A DNA stretch of 64,000 nt from a virus. The DNA lies in IMG/VR virus record IMGVR_UViG_3300039308_000034, positions 15,206 through 79,205 of that record. One strand, given 5' to 3'. This document shows, one piece after another, positions 45,322 to 54,008 of the stretch; within the stretch, counting starts at the first letter, position 1; every line of letters starts with the position of its first letter. The position numbers and the translations under genes are program-made. The notes beneath the pieces were generated by a model, which was given only the letters and a program-made list of their open reading frames with translations, was not told the origin of the DNA and ran no database searches.

Positions 45322-45417
45322 AATAAATCCTATCTTATGCCGATTTTACCGAATCTAGAGCCTTCAGGATTATTTTTTAGATAAACGTCGAAAAATTTAA
45401 TCCCCACTGTAGCGCGG

Positions 45418-45444
45418 AGTAACATTTTACAGGCTAATGTTACT
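45418..45444. promoter_or_regulatory. Candidate operator in the repressor/cro-like intergenic region
   Basis: Perfect 9-bp arms AGTAACATT-N9-AATGTTACT. Confidence 0.6.
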
Positions 45445-45473
45445 ATTTTAAGGAAAAGAAGAAGCATAAACTT

Positions 45474-45746
45474 GTGTTGCGCTATCAAGATCTCCGCTGG
45501 GGAAGCATTTCACTGTTGGCAGAGTTAACTGGCTATTATCCTAGCCAATTTTCCGCATGGATTAACCAACCAGATGCCCAAATGTCGATCGCAACGTTAG
45601 ACCACATTAGCGAGATGACAGGGGTGCCATTTGACGAGGTGAGACGTGCTTTTCGAGAGCGCAGACAACAGGCTCAGCTTGAACAAAAGGTAAACCGGAG
45701 GCTGCGTAACGCTTTAAAAAAAACAACTCGAAAGGTAGCTGTATAG
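45474..45746 (+). CDS. Cro-like XRE HTH protein
   Basis: SISLLAELTGYYPSQFSAWINQPDAQMSIATLDHISEMTGV; first gene of the replication operon. Confidence 0.75.
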   Translation: MLRYQDLRWGSISLLAELTGYYPSQFSAWINQPDAQMSIATLDHISEMTGVPFDEVRRAFRERRQQAQLEQKVNRRLRNALKKTTRKVAV

Positions 45747-45763
45747 CATCTCTATAAAAACTT

Positions 45764-45788
45764 GGTTCGGAAGTGCCTCCTCCGAACC
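45764..45788. repeat. Palindrome made of two left-arm half-sites
   Basis: GGTTCGGA-agtgcctcc-TCCGAACC, 17 bp after the cro-like stop. Confidence 0.65.
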
Positions 45789-45863
45789 TACAAATAATTA
45801 TCCAAATCTGAGGGAAATTATGAACGAAGTTAAAAGATTTAGCAAGCTTTTCCCGCAGCAAGC

Positions 45864-47606
45864 TTGCTCCTTCCTAAGCTCTACACAACAGGGAGGCGGA
45901 GTATGGTAGCGGCTAGTCATCTAAACATTGTGCCACTCCAAAGAAAACGTACTCCCGACATTCCAACTGCTTTTGAGATGGGATTGCTAGGCATAGGTAC
46001 TGTTGCCTTTCGGATTTTCTACGATTTGAGAGAACTCGCCAAGCCTATGGTCGATCGCCAGGGGCAAGAACGGCTAGGGATAAAAATTGGCTTGGCTGCA
46101 ATTGCTAAACGCTGTATTCTGCCCGATCGCCCGAATGCCTCTGCTGCTGTTCTCCGGCGCGCAGTTTTTCATGGCATTGCTGAGATTGAAGCCTGTGGTT
46201 TAATCCACATCGAAAAATCAACTACTGCCTCTAAAGAAGCAAATTGCTATTTTTTCTCAGAACGAACTGAGTGGTGCAAACGTCCAGAGAACTTTGCTTC
46301 CAGCAATATCCGCCAGGGGCGACCCAAGGGGATAACCAAGAAGAAAACTAGATCTTCAGATGATCTACTGCAAAATTCGAGCTTGCCCCCTAGATCACCC
46401 GAAGATCTAGTGCAAATTAACGATTTAGAAGCTAGATCTTCGGATGATCTAGTCGTGCAAAATGGACGAAACCCGCATTCTTCCGTTGAGAGTCTACAAA
46501 AAATCTCTGAAGCTAGATCTTCGGATGATCACTTTAAATATGTATATGTAGATCAGGATGTAGAAGTAACTAAAGATCTTGATTTAAACCAGAGTATTGA
46601 AGAAAGAAATACTTTATTGCGTAGACTCAGCGCGATCGACGCCTCTACTGGCTCTATACCAGTTGAACTACCTTCAAACGTTGAGTTGCATTTCAACCCT
46701 GAATTAATTTCACCTGTTCAGCCCAATACTGTAGAGCCACAAAGCCGATCGGCTCAGACTCTTTCTGGCGGGACGAATTCTACGAAGGTGAAAAAAACAA
46801 AACGACAGATAGACAAGGAGAAATATCTCCTACCGGATACAGGGGTCAATAAGGTCGCCGCACTGCCCAATGTTTCGCCGGAAGGGGTTGCTATTTTTGA
46901 AGCCTGGTTTCCCCAGTGGAAGGAGCGCTATCGATCGGTGCGAAACCGCTATGCGGATCAGACAATGGCAGCGATTCACTTCGCTCGGATGGTTCAGATC
47001 CAATTGGAGGAGGGGGAGTTTGATTCCGAAGCGGAACTCTATCAAGCGTTCTGGGAGCGGTGTTTGGTCTGGAACAAGCAGACGGATGACAAAATTCTAC
47101 GGGGCGATCGGTGTATCGAGATGCCTGACGTAGATGGGTTTTTATTGGGCAGGCATGGCGGTGAACCCTACTGGAAGCCCTGTATCCCCGAATCAGAGCC
47201 GCCAATCCCGCATGCTGAGCGATTTACTGCCGTTTGGCAGCAAGCTTACGCCGAGTACCTTTCCTTGCAGCAGGGAGGCTGTGATGTGTCGCCCGGTTCC
47301 CATGATGAGGCAAAACGAGTTTGGGCAATGCTCTACGTCGATGAACCACCTTGTGACATTGAAGCATTGATCAAGTTTTATTTTCAGCACAAACGTGAGC
47401 GGCTGGGCCGGAGCGGCAATATTGCAATTAGCAAATTCAGTAATTTGATTCGCCCTGAAAGTCTGAAGTATGTGCGGGATGTTATGCATCAAAAGCAACC
47501 AAGTGAGTCCAACGAGGCAAGACCCAAAACAGAATCTGAGCTGATGTTAGAAGCCGCATTGGAGGAACTGCGAAAACAGCCGATCGGAGGTGTAACTTAT
47601 GGTTAA
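45864..47606 (+). CDS. Replication initiator (lambda-O-like layout)
   Basis: N-terminal winged-HTH-like region, central RSSDDL repeats encoded by iterons, directly upstream of and overlapping dnaB; start may be 45902. Confidence 0.75.
   Translation: MLLPKLYTTGRRSMVAASHLNIVPLQRKRTPDIPTAFEMGLLGIGTVAFRIFYDLRELAKPMVDRQGQERLGIKIGLAAIAKRCILPDRPNASAAVLRRAVFHGIAEIEACGLIHIEKSTTASKEANCYFFSERTEWCKRPENFASSNIRQGRPKGITKKKTRSSDDLLQNSSLPPRSPEDLVQINDLEARSSDDLVVQNGRNPHSSVESLQKISEARSSDDHFKYVYVDQDVEVTKDLDLNQSIEERNTLLRRLSAIDASTGSIPVELPSNVELHFNPELISPVQPNTVEPQSRSAQTLSGGTNSTKVKKTKRQIDKEKYLLPDTGVNKVAALPNVSPEGVAIFEAWFPQWKERYRSVRNRYADQTMAAIHFARMVQIQLEEGEFDSEAELYQAFWERCLVWNKQTDDKILRGDRCIEMPDVDGFLLGRHGGEPYWKPCIPESEPPIPHAERFTAVWQQAYAEYLSLQQGGCDVSPGSHDEAKRVWAMLYVDEPPCDIEALIKFYFQHKRERLGRSGNIAISKFSNLIRPESLKYVRDVMHQKQPSESNEARPKTESELMLEAALEELRKQPIGGVTYG
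46348..46600 (+). promoter_or_regulatory. Probable replication origin: four iterons plus AT-rich tract
   Basis: CTAGATC-N7-GATCTA units at 46348, 46390 and 46432 (42-bp period) and a one-arm-degenerate unit at 46513, followed by TTTAAATATGTATATG. Confidence 0.8.
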
Positions 47607-48957
47607 TTCTGCCAAGGTCGTTTCTTTCTCAGGCGATCGAGATTTACTGCCACCCCACAACATCGACGTTGAAGAAGTCATTTTAGGGGGAATTCTTCTT
47701 GATCCTGTAGCGATCGAACGAGTGCAAGACATTCTGCTTCCTGAAGCCTTTTATATCTCTGCTCATCAGGAGATTTTTAGAGCCGCGTTAAGCCTGAACA
47801 ATCAGGGAAAAAACCCGGACATTATGCAGGTTGCAACCTGGTTACATGATCACGGGTTGCTCGAAAAAATCGGCGGGCAAGCTCGCCTGGCAGATTTGAT
47901 GGGAAGCGTGGTATCTGCGGTCAACATTGACCAATATGCTGCGCTCTTGATGGACAAATACACTCGCAGGCGGCTGATCGAGGTTAGCCATGAAATTCAG
48001 TCCATTGCCTATGATGGAACACAACCAGTCGAGCAAATACTCGATCTATCTGAGCAAAAGCTTTATGCCGTAAATCAATCTCTTAACACGGCTCAACTCT
48101 CGGCAACACCGGTTGGAGAGATTTGCGATGAACTCTATATCGATTTAGAAGCAGGATTTTACCCAGGGCTAACAACGGGACATCTAGATTTCGATGCGCT
48201 AACTGGTGGATATTTCCCTGGAGAGTTAACGGTTGCAGCTGGTGCAACCAGTATGGGGAAATCGCATTACGGTACTGCTCTCAGTTATGCCATTGCTGCA
48301 AGACATCGACTGCCAACAGTTATTTTTACTTGTGAAATGCCGAAAAAGCAATACACTGAAAGGCTTTTGGCACATGTCACGCTTGTGAACTCGATGAAAA
48401 TCCGATTTCGGCAAATTCCCCAAGACGACAGAGCGACTTGGGAAAAGATTTTGCAAGGCAGCAATCATTTGGCTGAGCAGCCCATTTACATCTATGACTG
48501 CTCCAACCCCAGCTACACCCAGATGCGATCAATTCTGCGCCGGGTTCCGGCTCCCAACGGAATTGGGTTAGTGGTGCTGGACTATTTACAACTCCTGCAA
48601 GGTCAGGAGGACAAAGAAAATCGCGCCCGCGAACTCAACCGGATTACCTGGGGCTGTAAGCAGATTGCGATGGAATTTAATACCTCCTTTCTGGCACTCT
48701 CCCAAATCCGTCGAGATGTTTCAACCCGTGCCAACAAACGCCCCACTCTCGACGACTTGTATGAGTCCGGAGCGATCGCCAACCACAGCGATCGAGTCAT
48801 GTTTTTCTACCGGGACGACTACTACAATCCCGATTCTTCTGACAGGGGAATCATTGAATTGATTGTGGCAAAGGTTCGCGCAGGTGCAACCGGAACCTGC
48901 AAAATGCTGTTCGATCCCACAACCAGTAGATTTTTGAACGTCAAAACCTATGGCTAA
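47599..48957 (+). CDS. dnaB: Replicative DNA helicase
   Basis: LPPHNIDVEEVILGGILLD, AGATSMGKS, VVLDYLQLL, LSQIRRDV.TRANKRP.LDDLYESGAI, ELIVAKVRAGATG. Confidence 0.96.
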   Translation: MVNSAKVVSFSGDRDLLPPHNIDVEEVILGGILLDPVAIERVQDILLPEAFYISAHQEIFRAALSLNNQGKNPDIMQVATWLHDHGLLEKIGGQARLADLMGSVVSAVNIDQYAALLMDKYTRRRLIEVSHEIQSIAYDGTQPVEQILDLSEQKLYAVNQSLNTAQLSATPVGEICDELYIDLEAGFYPGLTTGHLDFDALTGGYFPGELTVAAGATSMGKSHYGTALSYAIAARHRLPTVIFTCEMPKKQYTERLLAHVTLVNSMKIRFRQIPQDDRATWEKILQGSNHLAEQPIYIYDCSNPSYTQMRSILRRVPAPNGIGLVVLDYLQLLQGQEDKENRARELNRITWGCKQIAMEFNTSFLALSQIRRDVSTRANKRPTLDDLYESGAIANHSDRVMFFYRDDYYNPDSSDRGIIELIVAKVRAGATGTCKMLFDPTTSRFLNVKTYG

Positions 48958-49117
48958 CACTTCCTGTGCCTGGTGTACCAATCCCGTTTCATTGTCAGAT
49001 TCAATTTCACTGAATGGTAAGCGGATGCCGTTTTTCTATCACAAGAATTGCTTCAACGAGTATGAGGTATGGTTTCGTCGCACTGCCAATCGTCGCTGCA
49101 ATCCGCTTTCTCGTTAG
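48950..49117 (+). CDS. Small Zn-finger-like protein (55 aa), not in the ORF track
   Basis: MANTSCAWC...FYHKNCF; overlaps the dnaB stop by 8 bp. Confidence 0.55.
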   Translation: MANTSCAWCTNPVSLSDSISLNGKRMPFFYHKNCFNEYEVWFRRTANRRCNPLSR

Positions 49118-49190
49118 TTGCGTTTTATTGCAAAGAAGCAATTAAAGCAGTCAAAAAGGTTAAAAGTTTTATGTTAGCCTGTAAAATTTA

Positions 49191-49469
49191 ATGCAATTGG
49201 AAGCTCTCATTCAGGTAGAATCCCGCTGTCTTCAGTCTGCTCTCAATACCGCCGGATTTGCACTGCAACCTTTTCAAAGTGGTTGCTATGGACTTCGCAT
49301 CGTTTCGGGGAGACATAGCCTCTATGCGGTCGTCTTCCTGCCCAATCCGGTCTTTGATTGGGTTGTTCTACCTCGGATGGCAGCTCGATCGCCACAGTAT
49401 CAGGCGATCGAACAAATCGTTAATTCTACTTTGAGGAAAAGCAATGCAGGTTTTTGCAAGTCAGCTTAA
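49191..49469 (+). CDS. Hypothetical protein
   Basis: 92-aa ORF in the + operon. Confidence 0.55.
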   Translation: MQLEALIQVESRCLQSALNTAGFALQPFQSGCYGLRIVSGRHSLYAVVFLPNPVFDWVVLPRMAARSPQYQAIEQIVNSTLRKSNAGFCKSA

Positions 49470-49653
49470 AGAGCATGACGTGATTCGCTATGGTTCTGGT
49501 AGCACGATACAAAGTTTTGAGGTTGTTAATGTTCGTCCCGGGCAGATGGGGGTAAACCTGTGGCTGCGACCTGTCAATCAAAAGCTAACCCAGGAAGTTT
49601 TTCTACTCAATACGCGCAAGGTGGAGCAGCTGCGATCGGCGACAATTGTTTAG
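49444..49653 (+). CDS. Small hypothetical protein, SH3/KOW-like
   Basis: 69 aa, QLKEHDVIRY...FEVVNV beta pattern. Confidence 0.55.
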   Translation: MQVFASQLKEHDVIRYGSGSTIQSFEVVNVRPGQMGVNLWLRPVNQKLTQEVFLLNTRKVEQLRSATIV

Positions 49654-49654
49654 C

Positions 49655-49682
49655 GGTTCGGACGGTAAAACAAAAAGCGTTT
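49655..49682 (+). repeat. 28-bp bipartite site #6
   Basis: GGTTCGGACGG-TAAAAC-AAAAAGCGTTT, 1 bp after the stop at 49653. Confidence 0.85.
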
Positions 49683-49778
49683 TATCTTTTAAGGGAATCG
49701 GCTAAGATAAAAGCAGGCAAAAAATTAGGGAGAAGCGTTGCAACCGCGACTCCCTCTTGCAAAAAATACAATTCAACC

Positions 49779-50876
49779 ATGATCTTAGCACCTTTCACGG
49801 CTCCTGCGGCGCAGGATATTAGCCGTTACTCTGAGTTATCAGATTTTGCTGCCCTTGCTGAGGCTCCCCTTGAAGAACAATTAGCCTGGGCTTGTTTCCG
49901 ACTCAACGTGCTGGAGTCGCAAGCTTATGACTTGAAGAAGGATTTAACCAATCCTCGGCGAGCCCACCTGGCACAGCCCAAGCTTGAGCACACATTGGCA
50001 GAGCAAAGACAACTGCGGGAAGCAATCCAAGCAAGTTGCCCCAGAATCGCGGTCTACCAAACGCATCAACACAGTTGGCAGTGGCGCGAAATTCCAGAAT
50101 TTAGGATTGGTGATCGAGTGAAAGTCCTCTGGGCAGAACCAGGGATGGAAGCTGATATTGGACGGGTTGGTACGGTAGGAGAAGGAGGAGTTGATCGACG
50201 GCTGCGAGTTTGGCTAGACATTGATGCCTTGGGACGGCTCCTTCTCCCAGAACAGCTCCAGGCTTTTAGAACCAATCGCCATACTCAGAAGCTCGATAAT
50301 CTACAAGCCAAATTAGAGGACCTGCAAGCCCAGCGTGACGCAATACTGGCGCAAGGAGAAGTCCAGCCTGGCTGCTGGCTCACGATGTATCCAACAACCA
50401 AGGGCTCTGGCAAAAAGTGCGGCAACACTGATGGAGGATACGCCTTCTGGTGCTGGCAACAAAATGGCAAAACCAAAAAGAAAGCCATTCAGCCAAATGA
50501 ACTAGGGCACTATGAAAACATCCATAATCGCACTAAGAAACTGAAAGCGGTTAATCAGGCGATCGCCCGCATTGAGAAACAGATTGATGCTTGTGTATCT
50601 GTTTGTGCAGGCAGCAAAATTTCTTATAAGCCAGATACAACAGGCAAATCGATCGGGCAATATGACTGGTACGATTCCCGAGACCAATATCCTTTTGGGA
50701 ACTATCCCCACCGCACATTTAATATCACCGTGTTTCAGTGGCAGGCAGCTGCAAAGGGAGGCTTAAAGCGTGGCAAGACGATCGCTAAGCATCGACTTAG
50801 CATTGATGCCAGCCCTGCAGAAATTGAGCAGGCGCGCCAGTGGGCGATTGAGGAAGTGAGAAAGCTAGATGGTTGA
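49779..50876 (+). CDS. Hypothetical protein with KOW-like motif and coiled-coils
   Basis: FRIGDRVKVL...IGRVGTV motif; start moved to ATG 49779 because site #6 lies in the longer ORF. Confidence 0.65.
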   Translation: MILAPFTAPAAQDISRYSELSDFAALAEAPLEEQLAWACFRLNVLESQAYDLKKDLTNPRRAHLAQPKLEHTLAEQRQLREAIQASCPRIAVYQTHQHSWQWREIPEFRIGDRVKVLWAEPGMEADIGRVGTVGEGGVDRRLRVWLDIDALGRLLLPEQLQAFRTNRHTQKLDNLQAKLEDLQAQRDAILAQGEVQPGCWLTMYPTTKGSGKKCGNTDGGYAFWCWQQNGKTKKKAIQPNELGHYENIHNRTKKLKAVNQAIARIEKQIDACVSVCAGSKISYKPDTTGKSIGQYDWYDSRDQYPFGNYPHRTFNITVFQWQAAAKGGLKRGKTIAKHRLSIDASPAEIEQARQWAIEEVRKLDG

Positions 50877-50889
50877 AACGTTTCAATCT

Positions 50890-50925
50890 AAACGGGGGAC
50901 TCTAGTAAGGGATCCGCCCGTTTTT
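50890..50925 (+). terminator. Terminator-like hairpin
   Basis: AAACGGG-GGA...TCC-G-CCCGTTT followed by a T-run. Confidence 0.5.
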
Positions 50926-50943
50926 GTCAGCAAAATTGCGATC

Positions 50944-50971
50944 GGTTCGGATGGTGTAACCAAAAGTGTTT
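50944..50971 (+). repeat. 28-bp bipartite site #7
   Basis: GGTTCGGATGG-TGTAAC-CAAAAGTGTTT. Confidence 0.9.
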
Positions 50972-50988
50972 CTCTCTTTCTTGATCCT

Positions 50989-51405
50989 ATGCGTGACTTT
51001 AAGCCTGAAGAAATCCTTGATCTATTAGACGAGGTAAGACAGGACATTCAAATTTGTGTTCGCCAAGCCACTTCAACTGATGATGTGAACTATGGCATTC
51101 CAGCACAGGCACAATTGGTTTGCCGAGCGGTACGCGGACTGATTGTTCCAGAGAAATCGTTCTCAATCGCCGCTGGACAAAATGTGTCGGTCGGTGGTTA
51201 CCTTGGCTATATCTCTGCAGAAGACCTACAGCGATCGGATATTAAGCCAAATCTCCAACTGCTCTGGGAAGGCAAAACATACCAGATTGAATATCGTCGG
51301 GGCATTCAAGCGAATCAGGGTGAGGTATTGCTACATGAATTAGGCTTGCGGCAAACACAGTCTCAAACATTTGCAACCCAGCCCGATCCCGTGATCAATT
51401 TTTAA
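50989..51405 (+). CDS. Probable head-closure (SPP1 gp16-like) neck protein
   Basis: 138 aa; YISAEDL..SDIKPNLQLLWEGKTYQI pattern; start moved to ATG 50989, downstream of the terminator and site #7. Confidence 0.6.
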   Translation: MRDFKPEEILDLLDEVRQDIQICVRQATSTDDVNYGIPAQAQLVCRAVRGLIVPEKSFSIAAGQNVSVGGYLGYISAEDLQRSDIKPNLQLLWEGKTYQIEYRRGIQANQGEVLLHELGLRQTQSQTFATQPDPVINF

Positions 51406-51490
51406 ATTTGGGGAATTCTGAATTGAGTAGAAAACACCTTGATCCGGCTCGATCGACATGCCATAGCCAATCGAGCCATTTTTGTTTTTG

Positions 51491-51518
51491 AAACACTTTT
51501 GGTTACACCGTCCGAACC
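51491..51518 (-). repeat. 28-bp bipartite site #8
   Basis: GGTTCGGACGG-TGTAAC-CAAAAGTGTTT; 27/28 identical to #7; 7 bp after the adaptor stop. Confidence 0.9.
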
Positions 51519-51525
51519 GATCAAG

Positions 51526-52179
51526 CTAGTTTGTCGTAATTGTCCGTCGTCGATATTTGTCTATCCCCATCAAAATTTTATCCAAAACGGTTTGTGGCTG
51601 TTGCCTATTACTGTTGCCAGACGAGCTACTGGTGGGATAGCGAAATGATTTGCTCAGTCCACCAGGGATGCTGATTGATGCTACTTCTCGATCGGCTGTA
51701 TTCAGGAAATTTAGATCTCCCCCCAATGCCCTCTCTTCAATTACTTTAAGCAGTAAGGACCAAACCGCCTGCGTCACTTCCCTGGGCAGCGGGTCAATGC
51801 CTGCCACATAAGTCACTTCAAAAGGTACGTTTCTAACATTAAAAAATAGCCTCCGATTTTGCCGCCAAATTGATGCAATCTGGACTTTGGGAATCGGTAG
51901 TGGCGAGATCCCAACCGCATGGTCCTGGAATGACATCAGATTTTCAACGGAGAGAACTGGATAGTAAGTCATGATGGCTTCACCCTTGGCATTGGTTGTC
52001 AGTCGCTCTGTATATTGCGTCGGGGCAATACGATAGCCTGCCCACCCATCAACAACAATTTCCAAATCACTTAACCCCAGTTCCAGCAATTCTAATGAAG
52101 GAGCTGTTTCGGCAGTGTACTTGCCCATCAGAATTAGTCGATCGCGAGCAGCTTCAGCGGTAAGGTAGGCGAGAGACAT
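51526..52179 (-). CDS. Probable head-tail connector/adaptor protein
   Basis: YLT.EAARDRL...YPVLSV..L...FEVTYVAG.DPLP.EVTQAV..L...VASISIPG...ILMGIDKYRR pattern. Confidence 0.75.
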   Translation of the reverse strand: MSLAYLTAEAARDRLILMGKYTAETAPSLELLELGLSDLEIVVDGWAGYRIAPTQYTERLTTNAKGEAIMTYYPVLSVENLMSFQDHAVGISPLPIPKVQIASIWRQNRRLFFNVRNVPFEVTYVAGIDPLPREVTQAVWSLLLKVIEERALGGDLNFLNTADREVASISIPGGLSKSFRYPTSSSSGNSNRQQPQTVLDKILMGIDKYRRRTITTN

Positions 52180-52181
52180 AT

Positions 52182-52207
52182 AAAAAAAGACACCCGAATG
52201 AGTGCCT
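52182..52207 (-). terminator. Terminator-like hairpin 2 nt before the adaptor ATG
   Basis: Minus strand AGGCACTC-ATTC-GGGTGTCT (G-U pairs on this strand), then TTTTTT, AT, ATG. Confidence 0.7.
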
Positions 52208-52352
52208 GTAATGGTCTTTTAGGAAAGATCGTGTCATTGAGGAGAAAAAATGGACTTAGTTCAATTTTAGCTGCTCACAAGTCTAAGTTAATCTAAAACA
52301 CATAAAATTCTTAGGCTAAGATAAGAGCAAATTCATCTTTTACTAAAGCCCA

Positions 52353-52395
52353 ACGGACAGGATCAGCACTGATTCTCTGTCCGTCTTCTGCTTTC
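52353..52395 (+). terminator. Hairpin plus pyrimidine tract before the baseplate gene
   Basis: ACGGACAG/CTGTCCGT and inner ATCAG/CTGAT stems, then CTTCTGCTTTC; ATG at 52400. Confidence 0.5.
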
Positions 52396-52399
52396 TGGA

Positions 52400-53425
52400 A
52401 TGCCTTATTCAAAAGTTCTCTACGAAAATTTGCCGCTCTATGCGCGATTTGCCGATGAAAAAGGCGTTTTGCAGCAGGTTTGTGATGCAATTCAACCTCA
52501 ATATAACGACATTCATCGTCGTCTCAACCGACTAGAGTTTTTCTTTGATGTAGAGCATACACCCGCAGAATTTCTCGATTGGTTTGGGCAAATTGTTGGG
52601 CTTTCTCCAATTAACGATCAGTGGCTGGGGCTGGGCTTAAACCCAAATTGGACGAGTGCCTACAAGCGACGGGTTATCCAGCGTGCCTGGACTTATTGGC
52701 AGCTTAAAGGAACAGAATGGGCGGTTCGGGAGGCAATCGATTTATGGTTGCAATGGCAGCCAGCGCACTCAAATCGACTGTACTTTACTCAACCCTTTGG
52801 CAAAACTCCGGTGGCAACTCCACCGCTTTGGTTTGGCTGGGGCACCCCCTATGATACAAGCTGGGCATTGCCGTGGGATGCAGTGCAGCGCCTAGGCAGT
52901 GGTGATGAGCTGCAAGCTTATCAACCAGAGTGGAAGCGGATTGATTTAACCCAAATTGACCAACCTTGGAGTGATCGCTCCATAATTCAGTCTGCTGCAC
53001 CAGAGCAGCAATCGATCGGTTCAGCAATGGGTCCTTACGATTCCTGGATGCACTTTTCACTTCATGCGAGTGAGTGGAACAAGGTCGCACCTAACATCGT
53101 TGAACTCAACCCTGAAATATGGGATGCCCATATCACTCCTACCGTTTGTTTGTGGCTAGAAGTTGACCCAGGCGATGTTTCAGGGTTACAGCCGCTGGAA
53201 CTGCAACCAAACACGCTACTTCCTCAGCAAGAAACTGTTTGGGATGTTGTTCAGGACGGGATGAGATGGGGTGACATCTATCCCATCCTCGGCTCACCCG
53301 CTCCGATCGTGATTCCACCGGGTGGCTTCGTCATGGAGGATGGTGAAACGCCCTGGCTAGTGGAGGATGGGTCGGGAATTTGGTACACCAGCGAAGACGA
53401 AGAAGCAGAATCAACAGGAGATTGA
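52400..53425 (+). CDS. Baseplate wedge / P2 tail protein I-like
   Basis: LP.YAR..D...L...FFDVEHTPAEFLDWFGQIVG...RRVIQRAW.YWQLKGT..AVREAI is typical of gpI-like proteins. Confidence 0.8.
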   Translation: MPYSKVLYENLPLYARFADEKGVLQQVCDAIQPQYNDIHRRLNRLEFFFDVEHTPAEFLDWFGQIVGLSPINDQWLGLGLNPNWTSAYKRRVIQRAWTYWQLKGTEWAVREAIDLWLQWQPAHSNRLYFTQPFGKTPVATPPLWFGWGTPYDTSWALPWDAVQRLGSGDELQAYQPEWKRIDLTQIDQPWSDRSIIQSAAPEQQSIGSAMGPYDSWMHFSLHASEWNKVAPNIVELNPEIWDAHITPTVCLWLEVDPGDVSGLQPLELQPNTLLPQQETVWDVVQDGMRWGDIYPILGSPAPIVIPPGGFVMEDGETPWLVEDGSGIWYTSEDEEAESTGD

Positions 53426-53426
53426 G

Positions 53427-54008
53427 ATGAGCGATCCAGGAACCGTTTCGAGCTGGACCAAATTGAGCAAAGAGGACTTTGACGGTGCTGATCTACTGCC
53501 AGTTATCGACGTCTCAGAAACGGGTCGTAACCGCAATAAAACCATTCGCAAAGACAATTTGCCGTATGCTCCAGAAGACCATACCCATAACATTGTTGAG
53601 ATCTACGGGTTGGATTACCTGCTGGACCTGAAATCGCCAGTCAACCATACTCATCCAGCAACCGCCATTCAATTTGGTTCCATTCGGGCATATCGTCCCA
53701 GGGCGGTCGCGGCTGAAAGTCGTAATCTGGATTCCTCGGATCAAGGGCGAAAAATTTGGTGCAATTCGTCTGCTCCAATCACCCTAACAGTCCCAGTCGA
53801 TACAGGAAACTCGGCAATTGACTTAGTAATTGATAGCGAAATTGATTTAATTCAGATCGGAACTGGGGAGGTTTGGATTGCTCCAGAAGATCTGACTGTA
53901 CTGATTAACGATCAGACGAATCCGATCAAGCTGTCAGGCAAATTTTCAGGTGCTCAACTCGTTAAATACGCGCCCAATACCTATTACTTGTTAGGGGGCA
54001 CCGCATAA
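53427..54008 (+). CDS. Tail fibre-associated protein
   Basis: D.LPVIDVSE...NKTI and HTH.....I motifs; C-terminal ITLTVP...IQIGTGEV...KFSGAQLVK...YYLLG domain. Confidence 0.65.
   Translation: MSDPGTVSSWTKLSKEDFDGADLLPVIDVSETGRNRNKTIRKDNLPYAPEDHTHNIVEIYGLDYLLDLKSPVNHTHPATAIQFGSIRAYRPRAVAAESRNLDSSDQGRKIWCNSSAPITLTVPVDTGNSAIDLVIDSEIDLIQIGTGEVWIAPEDLTVLINDQTNPIKLSGKFSGAQLVKYAPNTYYLLGGTA

Noticed and set aside
50869-50988. Longer N-terminus for the head-closure ORF
   Set aside because: This stretch holds a terminator-like hairpin and site #7; ATG 50989 is more plausible.
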